A stretch of 63,470 bases of DNA, the filler included, from Octopus bimaculoides (lineage: Eukaryota): assembly GCF_001194135.2 (NCBI RefSeq). It is 4 parts of 4 records of this genome, joined end to end, with 100 filler letters (N's around TTAATTAATTAA, not from the genome) between each part and the next. Parts side by side here need not be neighbours in the genome. Positions count along the whole stretch, not along the records: positions 34,144 to 63,470 come from NC_068982.1; 3 more parts are not named here. One strand, 5' to 3'. The notes beneath the pieces were generated by a model, which ran no database searches, was not told the origin of the DNA, and worked only from the letters and a program-made list of their open reading frames with translations. A program made the translations under genes and the position numbers. Positions within the stretch are counted from its first letter, which is position 1; each line of letters opens with the position of its first letter. Below are positions 51,171-62,504 of this stretch, piece by piece.

Positions 51171-51650
51171 TCCTGTTAGAAGTACCCATGCAAAATTATC
51201 CAGTTATTTTTTTAAAAAGAATTATTTAATGCTGTTGAAATCTAATCATTCTCTGTGTTTTAAAAATGTTCTCTTTGCGCATATATTTATCAATTAGGTG
51301 GTTTGTGATAAAACGAGGCATTTAACCATTGCATTAAACTTATATCAGTGATTAAACACTGAGGAAGGAAACTACTCTGTGATTAAATGTTTGATCAATC
51401 TATTTCAGTAATGGCGAGCTGTCAATATCATTACATCTGGTGTTTGCATTCATGATTGCTTATGGTCTGCCACATCAATTATCATACAGGTCATATCCAT
51501 GAGTACAGTAAAAGCAATGAATGTATTTAATAGATGTGAATTATACAACTGAATAAAAAGTTGGCTAAACAGATGGTAAACAATATTATTTCATAGAGTG
51601 AATTAGCAGAAACTGAGAAAACTTGTGATGTTCTGCATCAATAAATAGTA

Positions 51651-51875
51651 CTGAGTTGGCCAAAAAGTCCATTTGACTCTTATTGACACTAAACTGCAAG
51701 CACTTTTATCAGTACTTCAGTCTGTACCTTGGACATGCAAGCTTCTTAAATACTTGACATTTCAATATAGTTTGAAGTGAACTTGTAATGAGACAGGCTG
51801 TTTTTTGTGTGCTTGAGATTACCCTGAAAATGGAAAACCAAAACAAACATTATTGACACCACATGCTTTTTTAAA
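51651..51875 (+). mobile_element. mariner left end and transposase start (decayed)
   Basis: TA|CTGAGTTGGCCAAAAAGT end; ATG at 51830 gives MENQNKHY*HHMLF, like mariner MENQKEHFRHILLF. Confidence 0.6.
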
Positions 51876-51887
51876 TGCAATTCACTT

Positions 51888-52111
51888 CAAACCCCTTAAC
51901 TATTTTGTTAATGTATTTCTACTGAAAAACACTGCCTTTGTTTCAATTAAGTTAGAAGATAGTGAAGAATTTAGTAAAATAACTTTGTCATTTTTAAGCT
52001 GGGGCTTAGAACATGAATTAACATGAAATCTTAATGGATAGCTTTATTTTGGATTACTTTAAAACAGGAAATTTGTATCAGGGTTGTACAGGCTAGTATC
52101 AAAAGGATTAA
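51888..52111. mobile_element. Possible piggyBac-like MITE (TTAA/CCC-type ends, degenerate)
   Basis: Ends AACCCCTTAAC...AAAAGGATTAA; AT-rich non-coding body. Confidence 0.4.
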
Positions 52112-52244
52112 TGTTAATCAGTTAAATACATGGTGTTTTATTGTGGCTAAGGAATGTCATTATGTCAATATTATTAACACACATATTGGTTCAATTCCAC
52201 TCCTTTATTATTGGTCAATTGGTTAAATATCCAGGGTACAAGGC

Positions 52245-52510
52245 TAAAGACCCCCTTTGGTCATGAATGACCATGGCATTGCACCTAGAAAGTTACCCTC
52301 TGAGGAACAAGTCTGGGCAGGTTGTTTGTAGAAGACCATCAGTTGCCCATGCATACCAGCCTCCCTCCTCCATACCACTGATGTTATCCAAGGGAAAGAC
52401 AAAAGCTGATACAGCTTGGTACCAGTGATGCTACGACTCATTTCTACAGCTGAGTGAAGTGGAGCAATGTGAAATAAAGTGTTTGCTCAAGAACACAACA
52501 CACAACCTGG
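52245..52510 (-). mobile_element. SINE family D
   Basis: Reverse complement of the 2222-2477 and 17630-17815 body. Confidence 0.85.
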
Positions 52511-52905
52511 TGCAGGTGTGGCTGTGTGGGAAGAAGCTTGCTTCCTGACCACGTGATTCTGGGCTCAGTCCCACTGTGTAACATTTGGGCAAATGTCTTC
52601 TACTAGAGCCTAGGGCTTCCCAAAGCCTTGTGAGTAGATTTGGTAGATGGAAACTGCAAGAAGCCCATTGTATATGTGTGTGTGTGTGTGTCTTTGTCTG
52701 TTTGTCCCTCACCACTGCTTGACAACAGGTGTTGGTTTGTTTATGTCCCTGTAACTTAGCATTTCAGCCAAAGAGACTGATAGAACAAGTACCATGCTTA
52801 AAGAAAATATAGAACTGAGGTTGATTTATTTGACTAAAAGTTCAAGGTGGTGCCCCAACATGGCCACAGTCTACTGACTGAAACAAGTAAGAGATAAAAG
52901 ATAAA
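52511..52905 (+). mobile_element. SINE family B, full length, sense orientation
   Basis: GCAGGTGTGGCTGTGTGG head; CATGGCCACAGTC..ACTGAAACAAGTAAGAG tail. Confidence 0.88.
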
Positions 52906-53634
52906 AAAGCAATTTGTTTTTTCTCTTTTCTAGCCTCAGGTCCTAACACTGGCTCTATAGAGCATATTGCTTCTGTGAGGTCCATGTCATTAATTCTGAT
53001 CATATACAAAGTGATTGATTGTAAGGTGTGTTTAAATTCTCGTAGCTAGTCATGTGTGAAAACAATAAGTACATAGTGTGCTTCATAGTTAAGTAACTTG
53101 ATTTCTTTTTCTATTGACATAAATAAAACGCTTTGTATACCAAAGGTGTGAATCACTTCTAGTGGATATTATCCATTTTCATCAGTGTGTATGTGTACAT
53201 GTATGTGTGTGTGTATGTATGTATATATGTATGTACGTATGTATGCATAAATGTTTGTTTATATATGTATACACACATTGTGGTTGCAAAGCAAACTTGC
53301 TAACAACAACATAACTAAAATCACAAATAAGCTAAACACTTACCATGGTTTAAATGTATAAAACGATGAATTCTTTGTGACTGAATTAGCAATTCTGTTG
53401 TTGTTGCTGTTGTTCTTATTGTCAGCCCCCACATCTGGCACGGTTGAACACTCATATGATCATAGGCATTCCAGCTGTGATTGTCCTATTGTATATTCTT
53501 TTGCAGAAAGGGAGTATATCTACAACTTTCTGTCTTGAATATCTGTAATAATAATAATAATAATAATGATAATAATAATAATAATAATGATAATAATAAT
53601 AATAATGATAATAATAATAATAATAATAATATTA

Positions 53635-53847
53635 TGAAAGGCAAAGTCGACCTTTCAACTATAGGCACAAAGCCTGAAATTTTGGGGGAGGGGACTAGTC
53701 AATTACATCGACCCCAGTGTTTCACTGGTACTTAATTTATTGACTCTGAAAGGAAGAAAGGCAGGGTCGACCTTGGCAGAATTTGAACTCAAAAAGTAAA
53801 GGGGGAGAAACCATCACTAAGCATTTTACCCACCGTGCTAATGATTC
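53635..53847 (-). mobile_element. SINE family C copies next to (AAT)n, cut by an N gap
   Basis: GTCGACC core twice; TATAGGCACAAAGCCTGAAATTTTGGGGGAGGG tail. Confidence 0.8.
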
Positions 53848-54668
53848 NNNNNNNNNNNNNNNNNNNNNNNNNNNNNNNNNNNNNNNNNNNNNNNNNNNNN
53901 NNNNNNNNNNNNNNNNNNNNNNNNNNNNNNNNNNNNNNNNNNNNNNNNNNNNNNNNNNNNNNNNNNNNNNNNNNNNNNNNNNNNNNNNNNNNNNNNNNNN
54001 NNNNNNNNNNNNNNNNNNNNNNNNNNNNNNNNNNNNNNNNNNNNNNNNNNNNNNNNNNNNNNNNNNNNNNNNNNNNNNNNNNNNNNNNNNNNNNNNNNNN
54101 NNNNNNNNNNNNNNNNNNNNNNNNNNNNNNNNNNNNNNNNNNNNNNNNNNNNNNNNNNNNNNNNNNNNNNNNNNNNNNNNNNNNNNNNNNNNNNNNNNNN
54201 NNNNNNNNNNNNNNNNNNNNNNNNNNNNNNNNNNNNNNNNNNNNNNNNNNNNNNNNNNNNNNNNNNNNNNNNNNNNNNNNNNNNNNNNNNNNNNNNNNNN
54301 NNNNNNNNNNNNNNNNNNNNNNNNNNNNNNNNNNNNNNNNNNNNNNNNNNNNNNNNNNNNNNNNNNNNNNNNNNNNNNNNNNNNNNNNNNNNNNNNNNNN
54401 NNNNNNNNNNNNNNNNNNNNNNNNNNNNNNNNNNNNNNNNNNNNNNNNNNNNNNNNNNNNNNNNNNNNNNNNNNNNNNNNNNNNNNNNNNNNNNNNNNNN
54501 NNNNNNNNNNNNNNNNNNNNNNNNNNNNNNNNNNNNNNNNNNNNNNNNNNNNNNNNNNNNNNNNNNNNNNNNNNNNNNNNNNNNNNNNNNNNNNNNNNNN
54601 NNNNNNNNNNNNNNNNNNNNNNNNNNNNNNNNNNNNNNNNNNNNNNNNNNNNNNNNNNNNNNNNNNNA

Positions 54669-54900
54669 GGTGCCTTAGGTATAATAAAAAAATATTCAGA
54701 CAAATACATAACAAAAACACCAGGACTTACAAATATATATAACATACAGAAAATTGCACTACTGGGTACTGCACACATTCTACGCAAAACACTTTCAATA
54801 CAGTAAACATAAGAGCACCACAGCAAACCACAGCACATACCCAAGGCGCACAGAGCTGCGCTCGGTAGTGAAGTGAAAGCACGTTATAAAAATAAAACTA

Positions 54901-54933
<33 letters not shown>

Positions 54934-54934
54934 C

Positions 54935-54970
<36 letters not shown>
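54669..54970 (+). mobile_element. R4/Dong-clade element 3' end with (AAT)n tail
   Basis: GALGIIKKY...QKIALLGTAHILRKTLSIQ*; 3' UTR homologous to 24614-24860. Confidence 0.88.
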
Positions 54971-54997
<27 letters not shown>

Positions 54998-54999
<2 letters not shown>

Positions 55000-55200
55000 C
55001 CTTTCTAATATAGGCACACGGCCTGAAATTTGGTGGGGATTACATTGACCTCAGTACTCAACTGGTACTTATTTTATCAACCCCAAAAGGATTAAAGGCA
55101 AAATCGACCTTGGCGGAATTTGAACTCAGAATGTAGCAACGGGAGGAATACCACTAAGCATTTCATCCAGTGTGCTAATGATTCTGCCAGCTCACTGCCT
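54998..55200 (-). mobile_element. SINE family C, full length
   Basis: AATCCTTTC.A.TATAGGCAC tail to GCCAGCTCACTGCC head. Confidence 0.88.
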
Positions 55201-55807
55201 TATAATAATAATTCTTTCTTTTTATTGACCACAAGGGTTAATATAAATCAAAACATTAAAGGACAACACAAGACGATATACAAAGGGTTTTGCAAAGAAA
55301 AAAAAAAAAGCTCCGTATAAACATTTGATAACAGAAAAAACAATGTAACAAGTAAAAACTCCCAATAGGGGGTGGCGCTTTAAAATTACTCGTGGAAAAA
55401 CCCATAAGAGCCATGGGTGTCTGGTCAACAGGGCAAGAGCCCTTTCTCTTTTTATGCATTTTTTAAAAATAATAATAATAATAATAAAAATATGTATTGA
55501 GAGGGATTCTTTGGGGTTTGAATAATTCACCCCTGGAAAATTGGGTGTTTCCTTCACTGTCCTTAAATAACCTTTAATCAGGGACTTTTTAGGTGGGACG
55601 GGCTACTTGACCTAAACAAAAATTCTAACTGGGTTTCACCTGCAAGGTCATGCACTGCTTATATTGATATGAAGTCACCATGTCGCGTCTATATGGTTGT
55701 GATGCGTGTACCTAGTGTACCTTTGTCAAATGGGTAGTCATGATGGGTATATTGAACTTTGCAGCATCACTTTGATGGCTGCTCTCTCACTTGATAATAA
55801 TAATAAT

Positions 55808-55849
<42 letters not shown>

Positions 55850-55930
55850 TTAATGTCTCTCTTCCATGCTGGCAAATCGCAGCCTGTTGGTAAACAAGCA
55901 AGGAACATACTTTCAATATTTGTGTTCCAA

Positions 55931-56345
55931 AGGTGGCGAGCTGGCAGAAATGTTAGCATGCCAGGCGAAATGCTTAGCGGTATTTCGTCTGCCGCTACGT
56001 TCTGAGTTCAAATTCCGTCGAGGTCGACTTTGTCTTTCATCCTTTCAGGGTCGATAAATTAAGTACCAGTTACGCACTGGAGTCGATGTAATTGACTTAA
56101 TCTCTTTGTCTGTACTTGTTTGTCCCCTCTATGTTTAGCCCCTTATCGGCGATAAAGAAATCCGAAATGTTAGCGGTCGGGGTGAAAGGCTTAGCAGTAT
56201 TTCGTCTGTCTTTACATTCTGAGTTCAAGTTCTACTGAGCTCAACTTTGCCTTTCATCCTTTCATGTTGTGTATTGGGGTCGATCTAATCAACTGGCTCC
56301 CTCCCCCAAAATTTCGGGCCTTGTGCCTGGAGTAGAAAAGAATAT
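55931..56345 (+). mobile_element. SINE family C dimer (two heads, two different tails)
   Basis: GGTGGCGAGCTGGCAGAAATGTTAGC head, monomer 1 to about 56162; second GAAATGTTAGC head, tail CCCCCAAAATTTCGGGCCTTGTGCC. Confidence 0.85.
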
Positions 56346-56850
56346 TTGTGTTCCATAATATATTTGTATATATAAATGCATGTGTGTTTATATGTGACTA
56401 TATGTGTGTATATGTGTGTGAGTATGTGTTTGTAACAAGAGCTTCCTCATTATCTTTTTATGTTCATTTTCTTCATGGTAACATGGTTTAGATGAAACTC
56501 TGTTGAAGAGGTGTGCTGTGGCTTAATGCCTTTCCTGTCACCAAATCTTGTTTTCAGATAAAGTACTTATTACTCTGGTCCTTTGCATGATGGCAGGCAT
56601 AAACATTGATGTTGCATAACTGGTGACGTGTATTTATACACACATGCACGCACACACACACACACACACATGTGCATGCATGCACATGTGCAGACACGCA
56701 CACACGCATACAAGTATGCGCACGCGCACACACACACACACATTTGACATCTGTTTTTCTATGCTAAGTATGGACTGGATGGGAATTGATTTTGGGACAG
56801 TATTTTACCAACATTCTCCTTTTTTTTAGTTTAGAGTCTTTTATATATAC

Positions 56851-56892
<42 letters not shown>

Positions 56893-56983
56893 ATGTGACA
56901 TTGTTGTATATTGAAACTTTCTATAGTGTTTTATAAATGCTTTATACATAACTTTTTATGTGTATAAAATCTTCTCATTTCAG

Positions 56984-57158
56984 TGTGCTCGAGATGGAGA
57001 TATTAACAGTACCAAATTAATCCTAGAGTATTTGCTTACCCAGAAAAAGTTGCGTAGAAATATCAACAAACACGATGACAATGACTTGAGCCCATTGCAT
57101 TATGCAGTACGCTATGGTAATATGGATATTGTGAAGCTGTTGGTTGAAAATGGTGCAA
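56984..57158 (+). CDS. TRPA1: TRPA1-like exon 2, 175 nt (ankyrin repeats)
   Basis: tttcag|...A|gtaagg; CARDGDINSTKLILEY...DDNDLSPLHYAVRYGNMDIVKLLVENGA. Confidence 0.9.
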
Positions 57159-57544
57159 GTAAGGAACCTTTGAATTTATTCCAATAAAGTTTCTGAGAAA
57201 CAAGTACAAGTATACCTCACTCTACGTCGTTAATTGGTTCCAGGAGACATGACTTAAGTTGAAAAACAACTTAAGTCAAATTAACTTGTCTCTAGGCTAG
57301 GCCGAATTTACTTGTTTAATGTCCACTTCAGACAGAATATGTGTGGAATTTATTGAGGCATATTTCCTATAGCTAGATGCCTTTCCTGTTACCAACCTTT
57401 ACCTGTTTCCAGGCAAGATAATATTTCCCCTTTGGCAAATATGTTTTCCGTTGAGAACTGGATGATGATGAAGCTTGTTTAAAATCATCACATGATGTCA
57501 AGATAAGGGTACACACAAACACACATGCACATTCACATATACAT

Positions 57545-57705
57545 ATACATGCATGGGCTTCTTTCACTTTGCTTCTACCAAATCTTTTCATTAGGTTTTT
57601 GTCAGCTTGAAGCTAAAGTAAAAGACACTTGCCTAGGGTGCCATGCAGTAGGACTGAACCTGAAACTATATACTTGGGAAGCAAGTTTCTTAACCACACA
57701 GCCTT
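57545..57705 (-). mobile_element. SINE family B 5' half in intron 2
   Basis: GGGCTTCTTTC..TTTGCTTCTACCAAAT...AACCACACAGCC. Confidence 0.75.
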
Positions 57706-57808
57706 GCTAGTAAATTTGGAGTTATCTTTTTGTTCTGTTTAATGTTTCAATTAATAAAAAAAAAAAAAAAACCCCATCTAATTCTATTTCTGTAATTTAT
57801 ATTGACAG

Positions 57809-57915
57809 ATATCAATGATCCTGGTGATTATGGAGCACAGCCATTACATTTTGCGGCCAAATATAAACGAGATGCTTCAAAAAGATCAGACTCAACACCA
57901 CTCAGTGAAGATGTT
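57809..57915 (+). CDS. TRPA1: TRPA1-like exon 3, 107 nt
   Basis: tgacag|...GTT|gtaagt; (N)INDPGDYGAQPLHFAAKYKRDASKRSDSTPLSEDV; phase 1 to 0 fits its neighbours. Confidence 0.9.
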
Positions 57916-57934
57916 GTAAGTATTGCACTGTTAG

Positions 57935-58150
57935 CAGAAATGCTAGAATGTCAGATGAAATACCTTGGGATACTTATTCAGACTCTTTACATTCTGAGTT
58001 CAGTTTCTGCTGGGATCAACTTTGTCTTTCATACTTTCAGAGTTGATAAAATAAAGTTCTAAGTCAAGTGGATTGATGGCTGATGATATCAATTAATCCT
58101 TTCCCCTCAAAATCATTAACTTTGTGCCTAATTCAGAAAGCATAATAATT
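57935..58150 (+). mobile_element. SINE family C, diverged, just downstream of exon 3
   Basis: GCAGAAATGCTAG head, TACATTCTGAGTTCA.TT.CTG..GGGATCAACTTTGTCTTTCAT core, CCCCTCAAAAT..TTGTGCCTA tail. Confidence 0.65.
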
Positions 58151-59182
58151 ATGTGGTAAGCCTGTGACATGCTTTTACTAATTGTTTTAGGTGCCTTTGT
58201 AGCTGTGAGCTGACATAGACACTCACTCGGACCTTTCAACCTTGACTCAGCTAAACATCAAGGATATCATAGTTACAAGGAGGGAGAGCTGCACTGAGAC
58301 TCATCTGGTACTCATTTTCAGCCGAATAAACTAGAGCAGCATGAAATGAAGTGTTTTCCTGAAGGACATAATGTTCTGCTCACTCTAGGAATCAAACCTA
58401 TGGCTTTATGATCATGAGTTTAACATCTTAACCATTAAGCACATAGCCTTATGTTTGCATAATCATGTTACAAAACAGAGGACACATTGTACAGTATAGT
58501 CCTTTGTATCTGAAGTTAAAATGACAGCCTGATCAAAGACGGGATGTTTCCATTTATATGTTTTGCTAGATCAGATCTGGTGGGAACTCCAACAAAACAA
58601 CCTCGATAATTTCAAATTGTGGTGGTGGAGCTAGTGGTCTTGCTAAGATGTGATAGTTTCAGGAAAAAAGGTTTCCTTGTGAGGCATGTTCTGTGTTTTA
58701 TATCACGGGCCTTGTTGGGTATGGGTTGAAAGGTCTTGGGTATCCATTAAATTACAAAATTATTTAGAAATGAACAGTGAAAATGGTTTTATGATTGCAT
58801 TCATAACAGGTGTAGCAAGAGAACCAACAGAGCCATTTATGCTGTGCATTTCCAAATACTTACATGCATCATCATCATCATCATCATCACCACCATCATC
58901 ATCATTTAATGTCCATTTTTCACGCTGGCTTAGGTTATGGAGGCATACTGTTGACAATTCTGATTAAGATGAAACTGTACTCTCCAGTGTTTCTAGCTCT
59001 GCTTTGCTCATGAGGTAGTTATTTACTCTGTTAGTATATATAAGTGTGCTTTCACATGGCTATAAGTAGTTTAACTCTCATCTCTAGCAATATATGTGCT
59101 TGTAGAACATACAATCACAATTAGTGACGTCTAAATTTTGCCTGTATGGCTCATATTACACCCAACTTCCCACATTGATTTT

Positions 59183-59233
<51 letters not shown>

Positions 59234-59499
59234 TACTAACAGAGGTAGCAGCTCTCTGTCTGAACATCGCCCATCCCATTATTATTGTAGCAGCTATGCT
59301 TTCAGAACAACCATCCCAACTTCTAACTTGGTCACCTAAGTAATGGAAACTAGTCTACTATTAGGAATCACCTTTGGCATATGAGGGAGTCTATTTTTTG
59401 TACATTCCTAGTGTTTAATGTACCTGTACATCTGCTACTTGTAAAGACTAATCATCCAGTTAGTCATCCAGTGATACTACTGCACCACTTATGTGTTCA

Positions 59500-60790
59500 C
59501 TGTGTACACTTTATGGAGTTCTTCCTGACACCTTTTCTAGATATAGAAAGAGGATAGTATTGGTGGTGTTTCTTCCACCATTGCCTTTCTCCCAGATCCT
59601 CCTTTTTCTCCACCGTGCCCCCCTGCACCACTCCCTTAGACACCATGGACTCTTTCAATGCCAACTGGGGGGTGGTAGCACTCACTTTGAGAACCAATGA
59701 TCTACAACATCATTCCACCACCACGTCATCCTAGGTCTGGTTGGGACTTTGCATCAGCTGCAGATTTGGTCTGTGGCACTCAGCAAGCTGTCCTGCATGA
59801 ATTCCCAGTTGCCCTCTATGTTACAGGTTTGTAGTTCCTCCACCTTCTTGTCAAATTTCTCAATTAGGGTGTCCCTAAATCTCTGACCATATAAAGGATC
59901 CTTAAGATTCCAAATCCTTCTTGATCTGCTTCTTGGCATGACTAGTCTATGCTGGAGTTGGGGGTGGTGGACATCCTTCATCAGAGAAGGTCTTAGCATT
60001 TATGAGCAACTATGCATCTTGCTGTCTGGTGAGAATGTGATTGATCTGGCTAGCATTGTCACCTGATTGATTGGTTAACAGGTGACTGGCTGGCTTCCTT
60101 AAGTTGGTGTTGCAGATCAATAAGTTATTTGCATCACAGAACTCCAGTAGCCTTGTTCCCTCTTTGTTTCAGGAAGCAATTCCATGGCCTCCATGTACAC
60201 CATGGAAAATACCTGGCTGCTGCCCAACATGTCCATTGAAATCACCAGCGATGAAGATGAGATTGTTGTCATTCATCTTTGAGGTAGCCTGCAGAAGAGT
60301 ATCATAAAAACAGTCCTTTTGTTCATTTGGAAGACCTGCCTGGGTGGGGGTGCATAGGCAGAGATAATTGTTGCTGTAGTATTCTGCAATACTAGCCTGA
60401 GCTTAAGTACTCTATTGCACACCCTGACTACTTCTATGACCTTATCAAACCATTTCTCTGCAAGAAGTATGCCCATACCACCTACACCATCACTGTTACC
60501 TTCCCAGAAGATTTTATACCTATATGTCTTGCCTGTGAGGAACCTGGCTGAAGCTCCCTTCCACCTTATTTCGTGAATGCAACATGCCATCGTTCAAGCA
60601 TCTCAACATTCTCACCAGACCTACCTTTCAATGTGTCTACATTGACAGTGCTAACTCGGAGAACTTGGAAAGGGATGTGGGAGGGAACATAGGAAGAGAG
60701 GATGGTATTCAGCATCTGAGCATTTGATAACAGACATGTCATATCAGTTGTTCTCACTTTAATCTACTATCATTCAATCACGTTCAGATT
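59500..60790 (-). mobile_element. RTE LINE 5' region (APE endonuclease and linker), decayed, internally deleted
   Basis: LRVSTVNVDTLKGRS; EIRWKG; GILLAEKW; IISAYAP; GDFNGHVG; TWWWND. Confidence 0.9.
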
Positions 60791-61324
60791 GCTGCCCCTC
60801 TTGGGAGTGAGTGTGATACAAGCATTGTTAATATAAGCATTAGTGATGCAAACATAAATGGGTCAGTGTTTAAATTAAGTAAATAAACAGCTGTTAGTTA
60901 ATTCATTATGAGAGTAGAGAGAAGGGAGTAGGTGGTTTGTTAAGTTACTAAATAGGGAATGCAGTCTCCTTTTGATGCAGTAAAGTGGATGAGATTACTG
61001 GTGGTGGTGGTGGGGCTATGATGGCCTTGTGATACAGAGGAGATACTTCCGGTACTGGTGGTGGTGCAGAGACAGGGTGACAAAGAGATTTCCGATATAA
61101 GAGAAGAGATTTGGTGAAATGAATAGAAACTTAAAGAGAAAGAAAGTTATGTATATTGATAGATAAAACATTTTGTTGACAAATACAATATTGAGGTCAG
61201 TGAACCCAACTATTTAGTTGCAGAACATATGTGTAAGTGTATGAGATAGATGAACAGACCCTGGACCTATTGCTATAATAGATTTCTTTCTGTTAGGAGG
61301 TACAAGCACTTAGACCCATATGTA

Positions 61325-61483
61325 CACTCACTATGGTAACTTCAGCCTACCAAATTCAGTCACAGGGCTTCGGTCAGCCCAAGGTTATAGCAAAAGACAC
61401 TTGCCCAAGGTACCACACAGTGGGACTGAATGTGAAACCTTGTGGCTGGGAGGCAAGCTTCCTAACCACACAGCCATGCCTGC
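61325..61483 (-). mobile_element. SINE family B 5' half abutting the exon 4 acceptor
   Basis: CTACCAAATTCAGTCACAGGGCTT...CACAGTGGGACTGAA...ACCACACAGCCATGCCTGC. Confidence 0.8.
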
Positions 61484-61518
61484 ATCTACTAAATGATTTC
61501 TTTCTTTCTTTCTTTCAG

Positions 61519-61689
61519 CCTGACATGGATGATGTAGCAGAATATGGTGTTATACCCTACTTGGTGGAAAGAGGAGCTGATATCAATGCCCAAGACACAT
61601 ATGGCAGCACACCTTTGCATTTTGCAGCCATGAGAGGAAACGATGTCGCTGTCACTCTACTTGTACAGTTCTCTGATATCGAAATTGAT
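61519..61689 (+). CDS. TRPA1: TRPA1-like exon 4, 171 nt (ankyrin repeats)
   Basis: tttcag|...GAT|gtgagt; PDMDDVAEYGVIPYLVERGADINAQDTYGSTPLHFAAMRGNDVAVTLLVQFSDIEID; D.YG.TPLHFAAMRGN..A..LL...I.I is TRPA1-like, but the channel domain is outside the window, so the symbol is provisional. Confidence 0.85.
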
Positions 61690-62504
61690 GTGAGTTTTTT
61701 TCCCTTTTTTTTTTTTTGTCTATATGTACTGATACTGTTGTGATGATAGCACTACTGCTACAACCAACACCAGCACCACCACAACCACTACTACTGCTAC
61801 TACTACTACTACTTCTACTACTACCACCACCACCACCACCACCACCANNNNNNNNNNNNNNNNNNNNNNNNNNNNNNNNNNNNNNNNNNNNNNNNNNNNN
61901 NNNNNNNNNNNNNNNNNNNNNNNNNNNNNNNNNNNNNNNNNNNNNNNNNNNNNNNNNNNNNNNNNNNNNNNNNNNNNNNNNNNNNNNNNNNNNNNNNNNN
62001 NNNNNNNNNNNNNNNNNNNNNNNNNNNNNNNNNNNNNNNNNNNNNNNNNNNNNNNNNNNNNNNNNNNNNNNNNNNNNNNNNNNNNNNNNNNNNNNNNNNN
62101 NNNNNNNNNNNNNNNNNNNNNNNNNNNNNNNNNNNNNNNNNNNNNNNNNNNNNNNNNNNNNNNNNNNNNNNNNNNNNNNNNNNNNNNNNNNNNNNNNNNN
62201 NNNNNNNNNNNNNNNNNNNNNNNNNNNNNNNNNNNNNNNNNNNNNNNNNNNNNNNNNNNNNNNNNNNNNNNNNNNNNNNNNNNNNNNNNNNNNNNNNNNN
62301 NNNNNNNNNNNNNNNNNNNNNNNNNNNNNNNNNNNNNNNNNNNNNNNNNNNNNNNNNNNNNNNNNNNNNNNNNNNNNNNNNNNNNNNNNNNNNNNNNNNN
62401 NNNNNNNNNNNNNNNNNNNNNNNNNNNNNNNNNNNNNNAAGTTTGTTTTTTATCTTTATTTTAAGGTTGTTATTGTTCTATATCTATATTAGACTGCATC
62501 AGTA

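Noticed and set aside
55216-55440. Possible L1-type 3' UTR sharing its end with SINE C monomer 1
   Set aside because: Similarity is limited to about 28 AT-rich bases at modest identity; too weak to claim a SINE-LINE partnership.
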